NCBI GenBank assembly: GCA_038877255.1
Contig: JAVYWZ010000018.1
Span: 1 to 14,327 of the forward strand
Source: Candidatus Micrarchaeaceae archaeon
GTDB lineage: Archaea; Micrarchaeota; Micrarchaeia; Micrarchaeales; CABMGC01
Reading direction: 5' to 3'
Length of the DNA stretch: 14,327 nucleotides
Under the pieces are notes generated by a model. It had not been told where the DNA came from. It worked only from the letters and a program-made list of their open reading frames with translations, and searched no databases. The translations under genes were made by a program, and so were the position numbers. Of the stretch, positions 1-7,606 are shown piece by piece (within the stretch, counting starts at the first letter, position 1; each line of letters begins with the position of its first letter).

Positions 1-1500
1 CCAAGCTGTATCTTGCATTCTTCCAGTATTGCCGTATCCGCTTATGTCATACGCGCTTGAGCCTTGGCCTAAGTCCAAAGGATACCATGCAACAAGATTG
101 TGCTCTACAGAAATGTTGCCATTAAATGCCGTTGCCTTTACTGTTGCAATGCCTGTGCTTAAGTTCTGATTCAAAAATGCAATGGCAATGCCATTTGAGT
201 TAGTGTAATTGATATAAAACGGGTTTTCTAAAAAGTTGCCAAGCGTGGTAGTGAAGCCCACAAGATCGTTTGCTACTGCTTGGCCAGCGTTATTCGTTAC
301 TTTTGCAAGCAGTTCAGCGACTGTTGGGAACAGCAAAGGCCCGTGAATTACTCCATTGTTGCCGTTGCCGCTGTAGTCGTTTGCATTGCCGTTCAGGGGC
401 CACCAGCCCACGAGCCCTGCGTTCGCGAGCGGCGCGCCACCTATGCCTTCTTGGTAAAGCTGCTGTATCTGCCCTGCAGAAAGCGCGGTGTTGTATATCT
501 GGCAGTTCGACATGCTTCCTGAAAAGTATCTAGTTGGAAATCCACTCTGCCACCCAAATATCCAATATGTATATGAAGATGAGACAGCAGATGTAGATAG
601 CGGGATGGTCTGCACTTTGTAGTTTAAGTACACAGTAAGTGTGCCTGTGGTAAGGGAGAAGCCCACTAGGCTCCATTGGTTTAGCGGAGCAACAAGAGTG
701 GTTGTGATTGTAGTTGCGCCGTTCCATACCGTTACATTACCCGTTGTGGAGAGTGCTAATTGATACGAGCCAAAGTCCGGTGCGTTACCATCGAACTCGC
801 TTAAGACTTGGAAGTTGCTGCTGCCATAGCTTGTAGGGTATATCCATTCCACGTCTGTGAGTGGGAAGGCGTATACACCTTGGCCAGAAATGTAGCTGCT
901 TTGCCCGTTGAACTGTGCTGCGTGTACAACTTGGCTGGACATGCTTATTTTGCTTGCTATGTTGCTTGGCGCTGTGCAGTTATAGTCTATGCAGATTGTG
1001 CCGTATGCGTTTGTTATGTTTATTGTGCCGCTACTTGGAAGCAGATACTTGTTTGCTTGCTGGTAGCTAGGGCTCGAAACTATATGTGCTGGCGTATACG
1101 CAACAGCTTGAACTACTTGCTTGCCTATGCTTGCGTTTACAAGTACTTCGCCATTTTTTGTAACGTATATTTGCACAGGTGTTGTGCCTATCTGCGCAGG
1201 CGTAGGTGCGCTAGATGAATAGCCACTGCCCGCTTGCAGTGCCTGGCTTATCTGGCTTGCTATGTCTTGTGCGAGAAGCTGCTCCTGTTGGAAAAGCTGC
1301 GTTGTCATTACCTGCGCGCGTTGGACAGCTATTACTCCAAACAGGAATGCAAATATTATCATTACAAAAGAGAAGACTATCATATATTCGAGCGCTATCT
1401 GCGCTTTCTGAACCCCATGCGACTTATTGACGTTGATTGCGCCCTTTTCAAGCTTTTGCTTCAACACTTGAAATCGCCCCTTTACATTTACCACGCTCAC
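1..1500 (-). CDS. Class III signal peptide (type IV pilin-like) surface protein with LamG/concanavalin-like domains and a Big_1-like Ig module; runs off the left edge (>500 aa)
   Basis: Translated by hand: the frame is open from GTG at 1500 to position 1, with an in-frame TGA upstream at 1516-1518. N-terminus ...KAQIALEYMIVFSFVMIIFAFLFGVIAVQ. LamG-type motifs AQFNGQSSYI, QIYNTALSAGQIQQLYQEGIGGAP, GLVGWWPLNGNANDYSGNGNNG and NLVAWYPLDLGQGSSAYDISGYGNTG. Ig-like segment VANDLVGFTTTLG...TNSNGIAIAFL...GIATVKAT. The start codon is uncertain (GTG 1500/1494/1467). Confidence 0.9.
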   Translation of the reverse strand, partial: MSVVNVKGRFQVLKQKLEKGAINVNKSHGVQKAQIALEYMIVFSFVMIIFAFLFGVIAVQRAQVMTTQLFQQEQLLAQDIASQISQALQAGSGYSSSAPTPAQIGTTPVQIYVTKNGEVLVNASIGKQVVQAVAYTPAHIVSSPSYQQANKYLLPSSGTINITNAYGTICIDYNCTAPSNIASKISMSSQVVHAAQFNGQSSYISGQGVYAFPLTDVEWIYPTSYGSSNFQVLSEFDGNAPDFGSYQLALSTTGNVTVWNGATTITTTLVAPLNQWSLVGFSLTTGTLTVYLNYKVQTIPLSTSAVSSSYTYWIFGWQSGFPTRYFSGSMSNCQIYNTALSAGQIQQLYQEGIGGAPLANAGLVGWWPLNGNANDYSGNGNNGVIHGPLLFPTVAELLAKVTNNAGQAVANDLVGFTTTLGNFLENPFYINYTNSNGIAIAFLNQNLSTGIATVKATAFNGNISVEHNLVAWYPLDLGQGSSAYDISGYGNTGRMQDTAW

Positions 1501-1585
1501 TATTATATTGATTTCTCAACTTTGCTGCAAAGTATTAAATCTTTTTTTAGCAATGTATTTGCATGCGACCAGCTGAGGTGCGTTC

Positions 1586-2812
1586 ATGAAGAGCCTTGAA
1601 GAAACTGAATCAGACATAATCTCGTTAATCAATGAAAGGCAAGAAATTACATATGATGAGGCAAAGGAATATGCCTCTTCGCTCGACATTGACGCTGCAG
1701 TTCTTGACCGAGGACTTCAAGAATTAGAAAAAGCCAACGCTATTGCGTCTAGGAACAGCGGCGGCATACTGACATATTATATGCTACAGGAAGCGCAGCC
1801 CATAAAGCGCGTTTTTGTAGTGGAAGATGACAAGAACATAAACAAGCTTATGGCGCTTTCAATCGGCATGGGCTTCGAGATAACTCAGATATATGATGGC
1901 AAGGAAGCCCTTGAGCGCATAAAGTATGAGAAGCCAGACCTGGTGATACTAGACCTCATGTTGCCTGGCGCTGATGGCCTTGAAATATGCCAGGCAGTGA
2001 AGAGCGACAGCGCACTAAGCGACACTGTAATAATAATAGTAAGCGCAATGGACGCCACTTCAAACAGGTTCAAAGGCATAAAATACGGGGCCGATTACTA
2101 CATAAAGAAGCCTTTCGATCCTAGCGAGCTCAGGAGCCTTGTTACTATATTCCTCAAAAAGAAGGGGAAAAAGTTTGACCCGCTTATAGACCTGCCGAAT
2201 GAGGAGCGCATCTCCAGCGCTGTTGAAAATGCGGTAAAGTCGTCAGACGAAAGCTATATTTTAGGCAAGCTTCGCGTCAACAATCTTGCAGATTTTGCAA
2301 ACAGGTTTGGCAACGAGTCTGGAATAACTATTCTTAGGCTAATATCGCAGCTTTTGCAAGACAAGGCAAAGGAGGCTAGCGGTAGCGTCTTTGTCGGCTT
2401 TCTCAACGGCGATGAGTTCCTCATGGCTGGCAACACGCGGAATGTTGAAAAAGCAGTTGATGGCATAAAGAATGAGTTCAATGCAGTATTGCCTTTTGTT
2501 TACCAGAGCGAGGGCTACAAGCCCATAGAACAAGGCGTTGAGAATGAGTACACAAACCCAAATCCAATGCTCTCGCTTGAGTTCTCAGAGATAGGCAAGC
2601 AGGAGATAGTGGAGAGAAGGGCAGAGGTGCTTAAGAACAAGAATGCGAGCAACATAGGCGCATATACGTATGACGAGCTGAGGCACATACTTGGCAGCGA
2701 GGACATAGACGTTACAATAACGAGAGACCCTAGCGGAGTAAAGCTTTCGGTGAGCAAGCAGGGCGACAAGCAGAAAAAGGAAAAGAAGGACGACGAACTT
2801 ATGACTTTTTAG
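1586..2812 (+). CDS. Response regulator: N-terminal winged-HTH-like region, REC domain and degenerate GGDEF-like domain
   Basis: REC motifs VFVVEDD, LVILDLMLPGADGLEIC (phosphoacceptor Asp123 at 1952-1954), SA, GADYYIKKPF. These are followed by DPLIDLPN...LRVNNLADFANRFGNESG...FVGFLNGDEF, which aligns with the GGDEF consensus DxLTGLPN...DIDNFKxINDxYGHxxGD...GGDEF. The first ~68 aa show a helix-helix-helix-wing pattern (LDRGLQELEKANAIASRNSGGILTYYM). Confidence 0.88.
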   Translation: MKSLEETESDIISLINERQEITYDEAKEYASSLDIDAAVLDRGLQELEKANAIASRNSGGILTYYMLQEAQPIKRVFVVEDDKNINKLMALSIGMGFEITQIYDGKEALERIKYEKPDLVILDLMLPGADGLEICQAVKSDSALSDTVIIIVSAMDATSNRFKGIKYGADYYIKKPFDPSELRSLVTIFLKKKGKKFDPLIDLPNEERISSAVENAVKSSDESYILGKLRVNNLADFANRFGNESGITILRLISQLLQDKAKEASGSVFVGFLNGDEFLMAGNTRNVEKAVDGIKNEFNAVLPFVYQSEGYKPIEQGVENEYTNPNPMLSLEFSEIGKQEIVERRAEVLKNKNASNIGAYTYDELRHILGSEDIDVTITRDPSGVKLSVSKQGDKQKKEKKDDELMTF

Positions 2813-2834
2813 TGCTTTTTCTTTGCTTTCGTTA

Positions 2835-3167
2835 CTACTTTGGCTTTTCTCTTCTGTGCTGCGTGTTTAGCTTTGGCTTTGCCTTTGCCTTTTCTCGTGC
2901 TTGTTTATGCGTTTTGCGCGTACGCACGGTTCTTGCTCTTGTATTTTCCAATCTTTCGATTTCTCTTTCCTTTTCCTCAGGCGCTCTTATCTTTGACCTT
3001 TCAAGGAGGTCGCGCACATGCGCGTCTGCAGAAGGCATTTGGTCGTCTGCACTTGTCTGCACAACCTGATTCTGTATGCCTCCTTCTTCTAATATCTGGC
3101 TTGCTTGCTGTAGCCTCTTCAGTGCTTCAAGCTTCTTTCTGAGCTTCTCGTTGTTCGCTTTTGCCAT
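2835..3167 (-). CDS. Hypothetical highly charged protein with Lys/Arg-rich C-terminal tail
   Basis: 110-aa ATG-started ORF that fills the gap between two clear genes. TATA-like boxes lie upstream (3179-3201). No family recognised. Confidence 0.7.
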   Translation of the reverse strand: MAKANNEKLRKKLEALKRLQQASQILEEGGIQNQVVQTSADDQMPSADAHVRDLLERSKIRAPEEKEREIERLENTRARTVRTRKTHKQAREKAKAKPKLNTQHRREKPK

Positions 3168-3178
3168 TAAACCGGAAA

Positions 3179-3201
3179 ATTATTTATAGTGTAATATATA
3201 A
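3179..3201. promoter_or_regulatory. TATA-box-like elements in the divergent intergenic region between the 110-aa gene and lhr
   Basis: ATTATTTATA and AATATATAA sit between head-to-head starts. Function is inferred from position only. Confidence 0.4.
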
Positions 3202-3246
3202 AACATTATCGCAGAAGTGCATTCCAATACGTAGCGCGTATGATTA

Positions 3247-5922
3247 TTGCAATTGGTGCGTTTGACGATACAGCAATATAGCAAGCCATTCTCAGACGAG
3301 GAGAGCCTTTCCGGACTTAACAGTGCAATCAGGGCGTGGTTCACTAAGAAGTACAAGGAACTGACACCACCGCAGAAGTACTCATTCAAGCTCATACATG
3401 AAAGCAAGAACCTGCTCATAACGGCGCCAACCGGCAGCGGCAAGACGTTCTCAGCTTTTATGTCTATTCTGAGCGACCTCGTGGACATGGCCCAACAAGG
3501 CACTCTTGAGGACAAAACCTATTGCGTATACATCTCGCCGCTCCGTGCCCTTGATAACGATATATATAGAAATCTCAAGGAGCCTCTTGACGAAATATAC
3601 TTAGGATTGGGCGAAGGCGTCAAGCGCATAACCGTTGGAGTGCGCACAGGCGACACTGAGCAGAAGGAGAGGCAGAGGCAGCTCGCAAAGCCGCCTAACA
3701 TACTTGTAACAACGCCAGAGAGCATAGCGATACTGCTAAATGCAAAGCGCTTTTCAGAAAATCTGAAGAATACAAAATATGTTGTAATAGATGAAATCCA
3801 CGAGCTTGCGAACAACAAACGCGGCGTGCACTTGTCTCTTTCGCTTGAGCGGCTTGCAGAGCTTTGCGGGCATGATTTCGTAAGGATAGGCATGGGCGCC
3901 ACACTGCACCCATTAGACGAAGCCGCACGCTTTCTTGTAGGTTATAAGCCTGACGGCACAGAGCGCGACTGCTATGTGATTGATGCCACGTGGGAGAAGC
4001 AGATGCAGTATCAGGCCATTTCGCCTGTTAGCGACCTTGTCAACACGCCCGATGCAAAGGTCGAAAGCGCAATATACAGACTCTTGAACAAAATAATAAA
4101 GGCAAACAGGACAACTCTAATATTCACAAACACGAGAAGCGGCACAGAGCGTGTCGTATACAATTTAATGAGCAAATTCAAATACGGCGAGGAGGAGCTC
4201 GCTGCCCATCATGGTTCCCTTTCAAGGGAAACAAGGCTAGAAGTGGAGGAGATGCTCAAGAAAGGCAAGCTCAAATGTGTCGTTTCTTCAACAAGCCTAG
4301 AGCTAGGCATAGACATAGGCGCAATAGACAACGTAGTGCAGCTGGGCTCGCCAAAAAGCGTCACGCGCGCAATACAGCGCATAGGCAGGAGCGGTCATAA
4401 ATTCTACGACATTGCCAAAGGCGAGATAGTTGTGACACAAAGAGATGACCTTGTCGAATGCTCGGTAATGCTTTATGCGGCTAAGAATAGGCGTCTTGAC
4501 TCATTCTCAACGCCCAAGAATGCGCTCGACATTCTTGCGCAACATATAGTAGGCATGAGCCTTACAAAGAAATGGCGCGTAGATGATGCATATGCGCTTG
4601 TGAAACAAGCTTATCCCTATCACAATCTGCCACGAAGGGACTTTGACGCTTTACTTGAATATTTATCAGGCAGCTATGTTGGACTTGAGAGCAGGCACGT
4701 CTATGGCAAGATCTGGTACGAGCCCTCTGCTGGCGAGTTTGGAAAGCGCGGCAGGTTTACAAAGCTTATATACTATCTTAATCTGGGAGCAATCCCCGAT
4801 ACTGTTGCAGTTAACGTTTATACAACTGAGCATAAGTGGCTTGGCAGCATAGAGGAGGAATTTTTGTCAAGGCTTAAGCCTGGCGACATATTTACGCTTG
4901 GCGGCAAGCTATACCAGTTCGAGTACTCAAGGCAGTTGAACTGCTATGTAATGCCTGCAAAAAGCAACATGCCAACAATACCGCCTTGGTTTTCGGAGCA
5001 ATTGCCGCTCACTTATGAGCTTGCGCTTGAAATAGGCAAGTTCAGGCAAGAGCTCGCAACTGCTGTGGCAAAAGATGTTCTTCATTCAAGAAACGCTGTT
5101 AAACTGCTTAAGAAAAACAAGCTGATGCCAGGGCCGAATGCTACGGAAGTGCTTAGCAAAATGCCCATAGACAGCAATGCAAAGAAATCTATTTTCATCT
5201 ATTTTGCAGAACAACTTCTGTTTGCAAAGCACGTGCCGAACGACAAGCTTTTGCTTGTTGAGCTCACAAGAGACATTAAGACAAGGCGAAATTACATAGT
5301 ATTTCACAGCCTTTACGGCAGGCGCGTCAACGACGCGCTTTCAAGGCTTTTTGCGCTTGCGTTCTCGAGCCATTTTGAAACGGAAGTAGGCATAATGATA
5401 GGCGACAACGGCTTTGTAATAGTGCTAGACGAGGATCTTAAGATTGTTAAAAGAGACATAAACGAGGTATTTGCCGATGTTCTAAATGAGGACATTGCAG
5501 ATGTGCTTAGGAGCAATATAAGGAGAACTGAGATGATGAAAAGGCGTTTCAGGCACTGCGCAGTTAGGGGATTTATGGTCCTAAGAAACTACAAAGGCAG
5601 AAAGATTAGTGTGAGGCGCCAGCAGGTAAATTCAGAAGCCCTGCTTAGTGCCGTAGAAGAGATAAGCCCTGACTTCCCGATACTCAAAGAAACTTACCGA
5701 GAGATACTCGATGACGTCATGGACATGCCCCGTGCAAAAGAAGTTCTGTATAACATAAAGTCAGGCAGTACAAAATACGAGATTATAGAGACACAGGTTC
5801 CTTCGCCTTTCTCGCACATACTGATAACCTTCGGAGAGGCAGACATAGTGATGATGAAGGACAGGCGTAGGCACCTAAGGGAGCTTAGGAAATACGTGCT
5901 TTCTAGAATAAAGCAGCGGTAA
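3247..5922 (+). CDS. lhr: ATP-dependent SF2 helicase, Lhr family (archaeal Lhr-core type)
   Basis: Q motif LTPPQ, Walker A APTGSGKT, YISPLRALDNDI, VRTGDT, TTPES, DEIHE, GATL, HHGSLS, SSTSLELGIDIG, QRIGRSGH and Lhr-specific LDILAQHI and GAIPD. The true start may be TTG at 3262, after a GGTG ribosome-binding-like motif. Confidence 0.95.
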   Translation: MQLVRLTIQQYSKPFSDEESLSGLNSAIRAWFTKKYKELTPPQKYSFKLIHESKNLLITAPTGSGKTFSAFMSILSDLVDMAQQGTLEDKTYCVYISPLRALDNDIYRNLKEPLDEIYLGLGEGVKRITVGVRTGDTEQKERQRQLAKPPNILVTTPESIAILLNAKRFSENLKNTKYVVIDEIHELANNKRGVHLSLSLERLAELCGHDFVRIGMGATLHPLDEAARFLVGYKPDGTERDCYVIDATWEKQMQYQAISPVSDLVNTPDAKVESAIYRLLNKIIKANRTTLIFTNTRSGTERVVYNLMSKFKYGEEELAAHHGSLSRETRLEVEEMLKKGKLKCVVSSTSLELGIDIGAIDNVVQLGSPKSVTRAIQRIGRSGHKFYDIAKGEIVVTQRDDLVECSVMLYAAKNRRLDSFSTPKNALDILAQHIVGMSLTKKWRVDDAYALVKQAYPYHNLPRRDFDALLEYLSGSYVGLESRHVYGKIWYEPSAGEFGKRGRFTKLIYYLNLGAIPDTVAVNVYTTEHKWLGSIEEEFLSRLKPGDIFTLGGKLYQFEYSRQLNCYVMPAKSNMPTIPPWFSEQLPLTYELALEIGKFRQELATAVAKDVLHSRNAVKLLKKNKLMPGPNATEVLSKMPIDSNAKKSIFIYFAEQLLFAKHVPNDKLLLVELTRDIKTRRNYIVFHSLYGRRVNDALSRLFALAFSSHFETEVGIMIGDNGFVIVLDEDLKIVKRDINEVFADVLNEDIADVLRSNIRRTEMMKRRFRHCAVRGFMVLRNYKGRKISVRRQQVNSEALLSAVEEISPDFPILKETYREILDDVMDMPRAKEVLYNIKSGSTKYEIIETQVPSPFSHILITFGEADIVMMKDRRRHLRELRKYVLSRIKQR

Positions 5923-5952
5923 TGACATTGTTCAACAAGTGTAATGGAGCGC

Positions 5953-6465
5953 TTACAAGCCTGCAGCTTTTGCTATTTCTTTCAGTTCCTTTATTCTTAC
6001 AAGCGCAGGTCCGCGTATCGGAAAATGCATAACATAAACTTTAGAGTCATTTATGCCCTTTTGCCAGCCAAACGAAAAATTCTTTGTATTTAGGAATTTC
6101 TCGTAAGTGACTTTGCCTACAAAGCAAACAACCTTTGGCTTTGTTGTCTTTATTATTTTCTTTACGCGACTTACTCCTTTCAGCTCTTCACCTTTTCTCA
6201 ACTGTGACACATCGCGCGTTGGCCTATTCACAAGGTTTACAAAGTTTAGCATATATTTCTTTTTGAACTTTTCAGTGTAAAATTTTTTAAGCAATGAATC
6301 TTTCCTTAGTAAATCCAGTTTTTCTTTTATTATGCCTGACCTTGAAAGCAAATACCAAAACATCTTGTTGTTTGAGAATGGCACGCCACGCCTGAAAGAA
6401 CCATAGTGCGGATTTATTCCTACAAAAAGGATTTTTGCGTGCTTTGAAATTGTATAGCGAATCAT
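5953..6465 (-). CDS. mug: Mismatch-specific uracil-DNA glycosylase (UDG family 2, Mug/TDG-like)
   Basis: ILFVGINP catalytic motif, PFSNNKMFWYLL, NLVNRPT and PKVVCFVGK; 170 aa is the typical size. Confidence 0.88.
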   Translation of the reverse strand: MIRYTISKHAKILFVGINPHYGSFRRGVPFSNNKMFWYLLSRSGIIKEKLDLLRKDSLLKKFYTEKFKKKYMLNFVNLVNRPTRDVSQLRKGEELKGVSRVKKIIKTTKPKVVCFVGKVTYEKFLNTKNFSFGWQKGINDSKVYVMHFPIRGPALVRIKELKEIAKAAGL

Positions 6466-6483
6466 AAATGGCGCCTTGCGAAT

Positions 6484-6643
6484 GCAACATCATCTAGCGC
6501 CTAAAGGCGTGGGCTTCTAAGGCGGCTAGATGACACACGTATAGTTCCTGCTTCGCCGGCAACTGCCTCCCTTGCGGAAGGTCTTACATCGTCTCCACAG
6601 GCTTGACTTCCCGAATGTTCTCAGTAGCTCTTTTGAGCATATT
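6484..6643 (-). mobile_element. IS200/IS605 remnant: tnpB 3' tail, omegaRNA (sotRNA-like) scaffold and degenerate right end
   Basis: The minus strand reads AATATGCTCAAAAGAGCTACTGAGAACATTCGGGAAGTCAAGCCTGTGGAGACGATGTAAGACC...GCAGTTGCCGGCGAAGCAGGAACTATACG...GAAGCCCACGCCTTTAGGCGCTAGATGATGTTGC. With one frameshift this gives NMLKRAT/HSGSQACGDDVRPSAREAVAGEAGTIR, matching the archaeal TnpB C-terminal tail pattern as I recall it. The end resembles the GAAGCCCACG-N2-TTTA-N2-CGTGGGAGGATGTCAC right-end hairpin. No RuvC or zinc-finger coding sequence lies upstream. Confidence 0.8.
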
Positions 6644-6718
6644 CTTTTTTATCTTGTGCTTTGCATTTATTGCCACTGTCTGCGCTTGCAATCTTAAGCA
6701 CAAATAGTACGCGTAATA

Positions 6719-6738
6719 GTATATTAATACTTATTTTT
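6719..6738 (-). promoter_or_regulatory. Candidate BRE/TATA promoter directed toward the omegaRNA remnant and mug
   Basis: The minus strand reads AAAAAATAAGTATTAATATAC: a purine-rich BRE-like run followed by a TATA-like box. Confidence 0.4.
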
Positions 6739-6844
6739 GCTTACAGATGCGAAAGCCCTCTACTTGCGAGCAAATATGTTATATTGCAAATTTGCTGTGT
6801 TGGTGTGGTTAGCCGGCAATAGCATTCTGGTTTATGCGCTTGTT

Positions 6845-7027
6845 TTATTTCTTACTGTTGGCTTTCTTTGAATATACTTTCTTAGCCTGCTGCCAAATAT
6901 TCCATGCAATTGCAAAGGTTATTCGCTCACGCTCTGTTCCGTTTGTTGCCTTGTCAATGTCTATGTGATATTTTTTCTGCATATAGTCTAGAAACTCAGG
7001 ATCATAATTTTGCATTTGTGATGCCAT
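6845..7027 (-). CDS. Small hypothetical protein (60 aa, MASQMQNYDPEFLDYMQKKY...)
   Basis: This is the 3' part of track ORF 6845..7333. ATG at 7027 is preceded by GTGA, avoids overlap with the DUF488 gene and is divergent from it across an AT-rich spacer. Confidence 0.65.
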   Translation of the reverse strand: MASQMQNYDPEFLDYMQKKYHIDIDKATNGTERERITFAIAWNIWQQAKKVYSKKANSKK

Positions 7028-7081
7028 TATATCACTATAAATTGCATTATATTTAATATTCATGTTTATATAGATTGTTAG

Positions 7082-7606
7082 ATGGCAAACAAAAGCATAT
7101 TTACTATAGGGTATTCTAATCATACCTTGTCTGAGTTTATAAAAATCTTGGAAAATCAAGGCATAACACTGCTTGCCGATGTAAGGACAATTCCAAAATC
7201 CAGGCACCAGCCAGATTTCAATAAAGACTCGTTGAGAAAACACCTGAAAAGGCATGGGATAAAGTATGTGCATTTTAAAGAACTTGGAGGCTTGCGCAAA
7301 CCAAGCAAAAATTCTGTAAATATGGGCTGGCACAACGAAAGCTTCAGGGGCTTTGCCGACTACATGCAGAAGCGCGCATTTGCAAACGCGATAGTAAAGC
7401 TAATCAAAATGTCCAAAAAAGACAACATAGCAATAATGTGCGCAGAGGGCAATCCATACAGGTGCCACCGCCTTCTCATAGCCGATGCGCTGACAATAAG
7501 GGGCCTAAGCGTATTCCACATTTCTGGCAAGCACTCAGTGGAAAAACACAGGCTAATTAAGTTTGCAGTTGTAAAAGGCAAAAAAATTACATACCCTGCT
7601 GATTGA
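7082..7606 (+). CDS. DUF488 family protein
   Basis: IFTIGYSN, LADVRTIPKSR, YVHFKELGGLR, SFRGFADYM, IMCAEGNPYRCHRLLIADAL. Confidence 0.92.
   Translation: MANKSIFTIGYSNHTLSEFIKILENQGITLLADVRTIPKSRHQPDFNKDSLRKHLKRHGIKYVHFKELGGLRKPSKNSVNMGWHNESFRGFADYMQKRAFANAIVKLIKMSKKDNIAIMCAEGNPYRCHRLLIADALTIRGLSVFHISGKHSVEKHRLIKFAVVKGKKITYPAD

Noticed and set aside
270..1599. Plus-strand ORFs 270..533, 280..522, 808..1218, 1215..1430, 1234..1599 and minus ORF 530..727
   Set aside because: These are shadows of the long minus-strand LamG gene. Their Cys-rich look is an antisense artefact.
2177..2600. Active diguanylate cyclase or Cas10/type III CRISPR palm domain
   Set aside because: The metal- and GTP-binding residues are substituted, and there is no HD domain, cas gene or array nearby.
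1885..3515. Short ORFs antisense to or overlapping the regulator, the 110-aa gene and the lhr start (including hydrophobic 2812..3069 and 2840..3142)
   Set aside because: They overlap better-supported genes, and their Phe/Leu richness simply mirrors Lys/Glu codons on the other strand.
6484..6720. Intact tnpB/Cas12f gene
   Set aside because: Only the frameshifted C-terminal tail is present, with no RuvC motifs, zinc finger or tnpA.
7028..7333. N-terminal extension of track ORF 6845..7333
   Set aside because: It lies antisense to DUF488 and across the promoter spacer; ATG 7027 is the more plausible start.
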